Assembly: GCA_046155605.1 (NCBI GenBank)
Contig: JBJXFQ010000011.1
Location: 6,842-70,841 of the forward strand
From: Phycisphaerales bacterium
Lineage (GTDB): Bacteria > Planctomycetota > Phycisphaerae > Phycisphaerales > UBA1924
Length of the DNA: 64,000 bases
Reading direction: 5' to 3'
Shown: piece by piece, positions 35,591-42,357 of the stretch
How the letters are laid out: every line of letters begins with the position of its first letter
How positions within the stretch are numbered: the stretch's first letter is position 1
The notes under the pieces: generated by a model
What the model was told of the DNA's origin: nothing
Database searches by the model: none
The model's input: the letters and a program-made list of their open reading frames with translations, nothing else
Program-made: the position numbers and the translations under genes

Positions 35591-35609
35591 CTCAACAACT
35601 CGCCTCGTT

Positions 35610-36107
35610 TCACGGCTGCCCCGCCGAATCCGGGTCCGGAATCGGCCGAAACTCCTCCCCGCACTCAGGACACACCGCATCAATCGGCGTCGCGCGACGG
35701 TCATACCCGCAGTTCCAGCACTCTCCCTCCTCCGGCGAACGCCACCACCTCGCTGCGACCACGCACCCGATCTGAACCGCGAAGCCGATCGCCACGAGCA
35801 TCAAGCCGCTCATGCCTAGCGGCTGCCACTCGCCATAGAGCGCCCGCATCGTCGATACATAGCACCATGGCATCCCACCGCCGAGCGTCAGCATCGCGTG
35901 CATCATCGTTCGCTCGCGCGTCCATGGCCCTAAGCCCGTCACCGCGGCCGCAAAGCCCAACGCCGGCGAAACCACAAATGCCCACGGCCACAGCTTGTCC
36001 ATCGAGACCATGAACGACAGAACCAGTACCGCAACGCCGAATGCGAAGTGCAGCGTCGCCAGTAGATAAAACAAACGCAGCCGACGGCGGTTCACGGCCT
36101 CGTTCAC
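35610..36107 (-). CDS. Polytopic membrane protein with C-terminal zinc ribbon (CxxCGY-x-CPECG)
   Basis: The GTG at 36107 overlaps the upstream stop (GTGA), giving a ~165-aa product that matches its 168-aa neighbour. It has four hydrophobic segments. The C-terminus reads CWNCGYDRRATPIDAVCPECG. Confidence 0.6.
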   Translation of the reverse strand: MNEAVNRRRLRLFYLLATLHFAFGVAVLVLSFMVSMDKLWPWAFVVSPALGFAAAVTGLGPWTRERTMMHAMLTLGGGMPWCYVSTMRALYGEWQPLGMSGLMLVAIGFAVQIGCVVAARWWRSPEEGECWNCGYDRRATPIDAVCPECGEEFRPIPDPDSAGQP

Positions 36108-36610
36108 TCCTGTGGCGGCACGTTCGGCATGCTCGCCTCCATCGATCGCTGCTCCTCGCCGCATTCCGGGCATCGGCTCCCAGCGAGCAGGCTTTCCAAC
36201 TCGTAGCCGCACTTCAAACATGGCATTCGTGCCAAGGTGCTCTCTTGCCGGATTCGCTTCGCGACCATCACGCCGCCGAGCGCGAATCCATAGCCGCCGA
36301 ACGCAAAGGGCAGCACTGTCAACACCGGCCCCTCAAAGACCGCATCAAGGTGGAGCAGCGCCATCAGGTACCACGGCAATGCCGACGCCGTGCCGAGCAC
36401 GAGAACCACAACCCAACTCCGCGATCGACCAATCGCCTTTGCGATCACCGCGAATGTAAACACCAAGACGGCTTGCACAGCCGATGGCCACACGCGAGTC
36501 CACATCGGTGGTTCGGGCGGTTGATAGGAGGTCAGCATCGCGGCCATACAGCCGAACGCCCAGAACCCGACGATGCCCGCGAACAGCCATAGCGCCAGGT
36601 TGCGTCTCAC
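36104..36610 (-). CDS. Polytopic membrane protein with C-terminal zinc ribbon (CxxCGY-x-CPECG), paralog
   Basis: 168 aa. The GTG start overlaps the stop of the 311-aa gene (GTGA). It has four hydrophobic segments. The C-terminus reads CLKCGYELESLLAGSRCPECG. Confidence 0.6.
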   Translation of the reverse strand: MRRNLALWLFAGIVGFWAFGCMAAMLTSYQPPEPPMWTRVWPSAVQAVLVFTFAVIAKAIGRSRSWVVVLVLGTASALPWYLMALLHLDAVFEGPVLTVLPFAFGGYGFALGGVMVAKRIRQESTLARMPCLKCGYELESLLAGSRCPECGEEQRSMEASMPNVPPQE

Positions 36611-37542
36611 ATCAACCCCAGCGCCTTCATCTCGCCCACCGGCTCATCGAACGAGCACGACCCGTAACTCAAACTCAGCACCTCGCGCGCCTTGGCGATC
36701 TGGGCCGTCTCCGCGAACAGCCCCTTCCACCGCACGCCCTCATCGGTGAACTTAAACGTGCTCGCGTCGCGCTCCTCCAGCACCTCCGCCGCCCGCCGCG
36801 CGTCAATTCGCTGCGCCTGCACAAACGCCGACGCCACGAAGAGGTTCAGAAATCCGTGCATCGTCCCCCGCGGGCACCCCGGCTCATACGTCAGCGGATA
36901 CTCCGCGCGGATCGGGTGGTGCAGCCCCGCCGTCGCCTTGAACGGCACCTCCGCCCCCGCGCACGCGACGATGAACGCCGCCACTTGCTCGGGCGCGGGG
37001 AACGCCTCTGCCGTCACGCCGCCGGTCCTGATCTTCGCTCCCGCCGCGTGCCCCGCGAGCGCTGCGACCATTCCCCGGCAATCGCCGCTCACCCCGAACT
37101 CAAAGAACGGAAAGACCTCGTCGGGGATCAGCTCGATCGCGTCATCAATCTGCGCCGGCCCGGTCACCTTCATCTCGATCGCGTCCACCGCCGCCAGCCC
37201 GTGGTCCTCGCGCTCATGGTGAGAGTTAAACCCCGCGATCGCCTCCAAATCCTTCTCGAGCGCTCCATCAATGATCGCCGACACCCGCCACGGCTCCGTC
37301 ACCTCCGCCTGCTCACGATACCCGCTCGTGGCAAACGTGCCGGGCATCATCGCCGCCGCCGCCTTCGAGAGCTCCGCGAGCCGAGACGCCGGACAGATGA
37401 ATCGCGCGAGCACCCACGAATCCTCGCCGCGCTGCGAGCGCGCGAAGGCCTCCGCCGCCGGACCCATCGCCAGTTTCGCGGGCGGAAACAGGCCCGCGTA
37501 GTCGATGAGCGAAGCCATGAGCGTGCGGATGGCCTGAGTCAT
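36607..37542 (-). CDS. Conserved-looking soluble protein of unknown function (311 aa)
   Basis: The long ORF has balanced composition. Blocks are LIDYAGLFPPA, GAKIRTGG and FKATAGLHHPIR. I recognise no domain with confidence. It is the first gene of a three-gene GTGA-coupled operon. Confidence 0.6.
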   Translation of the reverse strand: MTQAIRTLMASLIDYAGLFPPAKLAMGPAAEAFARSQRGEDSWVLARFICPASRLAELSKAAAAMMPGTFATSGYREQAEVTEPWRVSAIIDGALEKDLEAIAGFNSHHEREDHGLAAVDAIEMKVTGPAQIDDAIELIPDEVFPFFEFGVSGDCRGMVAALAGHAAGAKIRTGGVTAEAFPAPEQVAAFIVACAGAEVPFKATAGLHHPIRAEYPLTYEPGCPRGTMHGFLNLFVASAFVQAQRIDARRAAEVLEERDASTFKFTDEGVRWKGLFAETAQIAKAREVLSLSYGSCSFDEPVGEMKALGLM

Positions 37543-37620
37543 GCCGCAAGCGTATCAGCGGCCCAGGCTGCCGAGGTGGCACCGGTCTCCAGACCGGTGA
37601 CTTCCAACCCTACCCCGGCT

Positions 37621-37720
37621 TTACTTTCCTTCTCCTTGCCTTTGTTGCTTCGCTCTGCCGCTTGCCTTCTTCTTCGCTTCCTCTTCCACCCCGTCCCTCC
37701 GTCCCCTAGTCCCTTCTTCC
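37621..37720 (+). repeat. Pyrimidine-rich short repeat copy, intergenic (upstream of a small zinc-ribbon gene)
   Basis: The sequence is ttactttccttctccttgcc...cttgccttcttcttcgcttcctcttccaccccgtccctccgtcccctagtcccttcttcc. Its right half matches the mfd and purL copies. Its left half resembles 28481-28520. Confidence 0.65.
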
Positions 37721-37731
37721 TACACTCCCGA

Positions 37732-38040
37732 ATGCCCGACGGCCCGGACGATCGCCGCCCCATGCTCCGGCCCAAGCCCCTCTCCGGGCCCGTGGAGGAC
37801 CACATGTCCCGCGACGATGACCACGATCCCGACGGCCCCTCTGAGGCCGACCTCAAACGCTTCGGCGATGTCACCGTCAAGTGCAAAGAGTGCGGCACCG
37901 AACTTTTCGACGACGTCTCCCAGTGCTGGAAATGCGGCCGTCCCGTCGGACTCGCCGAAGACTCCCGCGGCCTTCCCACCTGGGCCGTCGTCGCCGCCTT
38001 CATCCTCATCGCCGCCCTCGTCCTCGTCTTCGTCTTCTAA
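37732..38040 (+). CDS. Small zinc-ribbon protein with C-terminal TM anchor
   Basis: These are the last 102 codons of the listed 518-aa ORF, starting at ATG 37732. It has CKECGTELFDDVSQCWKCG (CxxC-x11-CxxC) followed by WAVVAAFILIAALVLVFVF. Confidence 0.55.
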   Translation: MPDGPDDRRPMLRPKPLSGPVEDHMSRDDDHDPDGPSEADLKRFGDVTVKCKECGTELFDDVSQCWKCGRPVGLAEDSRGLPTWAVVAAFILIAALVLVFVF

Positions 38041-38068
38041 AGAGCCGCGAGCGTCAGCGAGCGGGCCA

Positions 38069-38101
38069 GGTGCCATCACCCAACCGACTCGGCTGACCAT
38101 G
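38069..38101. repeat. Degenerate second copy of the ggtgccatca...hairpin element
   Basis: ggtgccatcacccaaccgactcggctgaccatg compares with ggtgccatcagtcaaccgtttcggttgactgatg at 35421-35454. The stem is partly decayed. It is flanked by ttcttcgtgcttcttcc. Confidence 0.5.
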
Positions 38102-38214
38102 TTCTTCGTGCTTCTTCCGTGCGGCTGCATCGCCGCTCGCACCACTCAACCGCCCCCTATTCCCGATGCACTCTCGCGCCCGCCCTACCCTTCTTGCAAT
38201 CCCGGGAGCCGGTC

Positions 38215-38973
38215 ATGCTGCTCGCCCTCCTCCTCATCGTCCTTTCCCAGCCTCTGAGCGGTCCCGCCGTCCGCCCCGCCCCCGCTCGCCCCTCCATCGT
38301 CGAGATCGACTTCACCGGCAAACTCCGCCGACCCGAGACCACCCCCGAGCGGGCCGCTCTCGCCCTCCTCTCACTCGACGATCCGACGCGCGCTGCCATC
38401 AACTCGCTCCTTTCCGAACGCGAGGCACGCCTCGACGCCTTTGTCACCGATCACCTCCTTCTCCTTGGCCGCTTCGACACCGCCATCAAGGGCGGCTCGC
38501 AGCGCGAGGCCGTTCTCCTCGGCCTGGCGCTCATCCAAGGCCTCCAGCCCGTCTTGCAACTCGGCCCGCCGCGCGACGCCATCACCGCAGCCCTTCCCGC
38601 GCCCGCACGCGCGAACTTCCTCGCCTTGCTGCGCAACTACGACTCCGCCCTCGTTCGCGAGGCCCGCGCCGCACGCAACGACGCACCCCGCGCCCTCGTC
38701 CTCTTCGGCGAACGCCTCCGCGCCTTGGGCGAAGAGATCGGCCGATCGTTCCAACGCCAACTCGCCGCCGGCACGCTCTTCGCCGACGCCCTCCTCGCCG
38801 GCGTCAACCTCTCCCCCGACCAGGCCCGCACCTTCCGCGACATGAAACTCGACCTCCTCGAACGTCTCAACGGCCATGCGACCGAAGAAGACCAGCGCGA
38901 CCTCGTCGTCGGCATCCTCGCCCGCCTCTCCGAGTCCCAGCGCGCCATCGTCATCCCGCGAATCCCGCGATAG
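38215..38973 (+). CDS. Secreted all-helical protein, hypothetical (paralog of 59629-60516)
   Basis: The ATG at 38215 is preceded by gggag. It has a signal-like N-terminus (MLLALLLIVLSQPLSG). The segment IVEIDFTGKLRRPETTPERAALALLSLDDPTRAAINSLLSEREARLDAF aligns by eye with ERDFAGKVKRLDTPPEEASLALLDLDEATRAATTRILNERAAIMDGI in the 59629-60516 protein. Confidence 0.55.
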   Translation: MLLALLLIVLSQPLSGPAVRPAPARPSIVEIDFTGKLRRPETTPERAALALLSLDDPTRAAINSLLSEREARLDAFVTDHLLLLGRFDTAIKGGSQREAVLLGLALIQGLQPVLQLGPPRDAITAALPAPARANFLALLRNYDSALVREARAARNDAPRALVLFGERLRALGEEIGRSFQRQLAAGTLFADALLAGVNLSPDQARTFRDMKLDLLERLNGHATEEDQRDLVVGILARLSESQRAIVIPRIPR

Positions 38974-39143
38974 CCGCCACCCCGTTGCATCTTCAGTTGC
39001 TCGTTTCGTGTGCCCTTGTTTCTCTTCGCGCCGTCTGTGACGCTCCGGCGAATCTGCTTCAAGAGAGCGCCGCTTCGCATCACGCGCTCAACAGCCCCAC
39101 ACACAGGGGTTCAGCCGGATCCAACAACCCTCGCCGCCGGCTC

Positions 39144-39755
39144 TCAGCCGACCGACGCCCCGCACTCGGGGCACTTGGCAAACCCCGCGAGTTGATAGCC
39201 GCACTTTGTGCATTCGCCCGCCCGCCGCCGCATTGATTCGCGTGCGACGAGAACCAGGAACGACGGCAGCACGATCAGCGCCGCCGCGCTCACGCCAACG
39301 AGGAGCGGATTGAGTATGACTCCTCCCCATCGCAGCTTGATTGCCTGACTGGGCTCAGGCCCCTTGAGCGCTGGATCCTCCCAGTCCCACCAGAACTCGC
39401 TCTGCTCGATCACGGGAAGCGGCCAGCCCGCAACCTGCGATTGCAGCGCGAAGCCATTTCTTTGGGGTTCAGCGTTTGGAACAGAAGAGTGAACTTGGTA
39501 GTACCGGTATCCGAACGACCGTTCATCGCACCACTGCGTCGGCGGCGGCCACGCGTCGCGATGAGGAGTCCGAACCGGCCACCCGCGCGCCGCGGCTGCC
39601 GGCCCAAACACGTTCGTGCCGATATTCCGACGCGCACGCGGCGACCGCATCACCGTCACCGCAAACGCCACATTCACCACCGCCGCAAGCAACACGAGCA
39701 GCAGCGTGAGGATCACGGCCTGCTTCACACGCGATCTCGTGATTCCCATTGCCAT
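39144..39755 (-). CDS. Membrane protein with C-terminal zinc ribbon (CxxCGY-x-CPECG), third family member
   Basis: 203 aa with an N-terminal TM, a ~110-aa extracytoplasmic Trp-rich segment and a second TM. The C-terminus reads CTKCGYQLAGFAKCPECG. Confidence 0.6.
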   Translation of the reverse strand: MAMGITRSRVKQAVILTLLLVLLAAVVNVAFAVTVMRSPRARRNIGTNVFGPAAAARGWPVRTPHRDAWPPPTQWCDERSFGYRYYQVHSSVPNAEPQRNGFALQSQVAGWPLPVIEQSEFWWDWEDPALKGPEPSQAIKLRWGGVILNPLLVGVSAAALIVLPSFLVLVARESMRRRAGECTKCGYQLAGFAKCPECGASVG

Positions 39756-39783
39756 CGCAACATCATATCAAACTTGACGCGCG

Positions 39784-39793
39784 CCCCCCCCCC
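39784..39793. repeat. Homopolymeric C10/G10 tract
   Basis: Direct count: gcg, then 10 c, then agc. It lies 29-38 nt upstream of the minus-strand start at 39755. Confidence 0.95.
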
Positions 39794-40021
39794 AGCAACC
39801 GCCCTTTGCGGCGTCATCTTCCGCCGAGAATCTCCCCCGCCGCCTCTCGAATCGCCTTCCACGCCGCGCCAACATGCCGCTCTGCGAACACGTCTCACCG
39901 CCAGCGCCGAACTCGCCCGCTGGGCTACACCACGATCGGCTGGGCGCGATCTGCATGTTGTGATATCCTTCCACGATGGACCACTTCTGCCTCAAAGGCT
40001 CTGATGTGAAGGGTCTCACCC

Positions 40022-42331
40022 ATGCAACTGCGATCGTTCGTCCCGTCGCCACTGGTGTTCGTCCTCTCCCTCTTGGCGCTCGGTGTCGGCGCGCGCGCTC
40101 AATGCGATGAACAGTGGTTCGGCAGCGGCTCGCTCTCGGGCACGAACGGCATCGTCAGGGACGTTGTGAACTGGGATCCCGACGGCAACGGTCCGACGCC
40201 CGAGTGGCTCGTCGTCGGCGGGGGCTTCACCGTCGCCGGTGACACCTACACCGGCGGCCTCGCCGCGTGGGACGGCACACGCTGGCGTCGCGTCGGCGGC
40301 GTGACAGCCGCGGACATCCGGGAGGTCTTTGTCTTCGGGAGCGATCTCGTGGTTGTCGGCTCGCTCGCCGCCTCGTCCGGCGCAACTTACGGCGGGACGT
40401 TGCGGTGGGACGGCCAGGCCTGGCGCGAGATGAACGCCGGCTCGTCTCAGGCCGTCTCCGCGCTCACCGTCCACAACGGTCGCCTCACCGGCTTCGGACG
40501 CTTCGCGGACACCGGCGGATCGACGTTCCTGTCCCCCGCCCAGTGGGACGGCAACGCATGGGTTCCCCTCGGCGGGCCACTCGGCAGCCCAACCATTGGC
40601 ACGGTGCTCGCGCTCACCGAGTTTGGCGGCAACCTCGTCGCCGCGGGGATCTTCTCTTCCATCGGTGGCGTCAACGCGATCAACATCGCCCAGTGGGACG
40701 GCACCGTCTGGCGGCCCATGGGCAGGGGGCTGAGCGGTTCCTTTGACGATATTCCACACGTCCGCTCCCTCATGCCCTTCGAGGGCGGCCTCATCGCCGC
40801 CGGCGTTTTCATCCAGAGTGGATCCCAGACTCTCCAGAACATCGCGCGGTGGGACGGGTCCAACTGGAGCCCTCTCGCGGAAGGCTTCCTTCCCCCGGTG
40901 ACCGCGCTCGGTGTCGTTGGTGGTCTGTTACACGCGACCGGCCGGGGGACCGTCAACCACAAAGGAGTCTACCGCTTCTCGCGTTGGAACGGCCAGTCCT
41001 GGCAAGACCTGAGCACCATCGATTCGTTGTGCATGACCCCGTACGCCGGCTCCCTCGCGCTCGGTTGCTTCTTCACGCAGCCGACCAACGCCGGTCTCGC
41101 CCTTCGCGTCGCGCTCTGGGACGGCTCGTCATTCCACACGCTCGGGTCTCTCTCGACCGACAACCTCATCTTCACCCTGCGCGAGTACCGCGGCGAGCTG
41201 GTCGCGGGCGGCGCGTTCGATCGAATCGGCGGGCAGCCGATCCGCAGGATCGCACGCACCGACGGCCAGACCTGGCGCGAGCTCGACTCGGGGGTCAGCA
41301 GCAACGTCCGCGTCCTGCACGAGTTCCGAGGCGATCTCATCGTCGGCGGGGACTTCTACTTCGCCGGCGGTCTGCCCGGCTCCAACTCCATCGCCGCCTG
41401 GGACGGCACGGCTTGGCGCACGCTCGGGGTCGGCTTCTCACGAGTCGGCGCTCCTGCCGTCGTGCAGGCCCTGGTCGAGTTCCAGAGCGAACTCATCGCC
41501 GCCGGAACCTTCAGTTCCTCGGGCGGGCAACCCCTGTTCAACATCGCTCGCTGGGACGGCACCTCGTGGCGTCCGCTCGGCTCCGGAATCACTGGACAGG
41601 GCGTCGCCGCGCTCGCCGTCTACAACGGGCTGCTCATCGCCGGCGGCACCTTCACCTCCGCCGGCGGGGTGCCCGCCGACGACCTCGCCTGCTGGGACGG
41701 CGTGCAGTGGCGGGCCGTGACGCCCTCGGCCCTCTCCGGCGTCAATGCCCTCGCCGTCTTTGACGGCGACCTCATCGTCGCGGGCAACCTGCCTGTGCTG
41801 CCTCCGCCCGACGCCACCACGGGCCTGGCACGCTGGAACGGCGTCGCGTGGAGCGCCCTCGGCGCTCCTTCCAGCACCACCATCCTCACCCTCGCTTCAA
41901 CACCAGGGCGGCTCTACGTCGGGGGCTCCTCGTTCACCATCGGGGGCACCACCTTCGGCCAGATCGCCCAATGGGACGGCTCACACTGGGACTCCCTGGA
42001 CTCGGGCGTCGCCGGTGACGGCGGATTCGGAAACACCTACGCCGTGGTTTGGTCCATCACCACCCACGGCGGCCGCCTCTACGTCGGTGGACGGTTCACG
42101 ACCGCCGGCCAGGCCGTGAGTGTCAACATCGCCTGGCGCGAGTGCCCGTGCTACGCCAACTGCAACAACTCGGTCTCTCCGACCCTCGGCATCGACGATT
42201 ACTGGTGCTTCCTTCAGGCCTTCGCCGGCGGGCACGCCTACGCCAACTGCGACGGCTCATCCGTGCCGCCCTGGATCAACGTCGCCGACTTCGTCTGCTT
42301 CACCAATCGATTCGCGCAGGGCTGCCCATAG
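40022..42331 (+). CDS. Secreted ~13-repeat (WDG-x-x-W) beta-propeller-like protein with Cys-containing dockerin-like C-terminal module
   Basis: 769 aa with a signal peptide (VFVLSLLALGVGARAQC). It has about 13 repeats of ~48-50 aa carrying (A)(R/Q)WDG(T/S)xW(R)xLG. The C-terminus reads YANCNNSVSPTLGIDDYWCFLQAFAGGHAYANCDGSSVPPWINVADFVCFTNRFAQGCP. Confidence 0.7.
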   Translation: MQLRSFVPSPLVFVLSLLALGVGARAQCDEQWFGSGSLSGTNGIVRDVVNWDPDGNGPTPEWLVVGGGFTVAGDTYTGGLAAWDGTRWRRVGGVTAADIREVFVFGSDLVVVGSLAASSGATYGGTLRWDGQAWREMNAGSSQAVSALTVHNGRLTGFGRFADTGGSTFLSPAQWDGNAWVPLGGPLGSPTIGTVLALTEFGGNLVAAGIFSSIGGVNAINIAQWDGTVWRPMGRGLSGSFDDIPHVRSLMPFEGGLIAAGVFIQSGSQTLQNIARWDGSNWSPLAEGFLPPVTALGVVGGLLHATGRGTVNHKGVYRFSRWNGQSWQDLSTIDSLCMTPYAGSLALGCFFTQPTNAGLALRVALWDGSSFHTLGSLSTDNLIFTLREYRGELVAGGAFDRIGGQPIRRIARTDGQTWRELDSGVSSNVRVLHEFRGDLIVGGDFYFAGGLPGSNSIAAWDGTAWRTLGVGFSRVGAPAVVQALVEFQSELIAAGTFSSSGGQPLFNIARWDGTSWRPLGSGITGQGVAALAVYNGLLIAGGTFTSAGGVPADDLACWDGVQWRAVTPSALSGVNALAVFDGDLIVAGNLPVLPPPDATTGLARWNGVAWSALGAPSSTTILTLASTPGRLYVGGSSFTIGGTTFGQIAQWDGSHWDSLDSGVAGDGGFGNTYAVVWSITTHGGRLYVGGRFTTAGQAVSVNIAWRECPCYANCNNSVSPTLGIDDYWCFLQAFAGGHAYANCDGSSVPPWINVADFVCFTNRFAQGCP

Positions 42332-42357
42332 CCGCGGCGCGGCATCGTCCCGGTCGC

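Noticed and set aside
32983-37720. The CT-rich repeats as a possible CRISPR-like or tandem array.
   Set aside because: Copies are kilobases apart, of variable length, not separated by uniform spacers, and partly inside genes. There are no cas genes.
36484-38040. 518-aa plus-strand ORF spanning the 311-aa gene region.
   Set aside because: Most of it is antisense to the 36607-37542 gene and is Arg/Pro/His-rich. Only the last 102 codons (from ATG 37732, zinc ribbon + TM) look like a real gene.
39775-39793. TTGACG followed by C10 as a plus-strand phase-variable promoter for the 40022 gene.
   Set aside because: No -10-like hexamer lies at 16-19 nt spacing on the plus strand, and the gene start is ~230 nt away. 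The minus-strand reading is more plausible but still weak.
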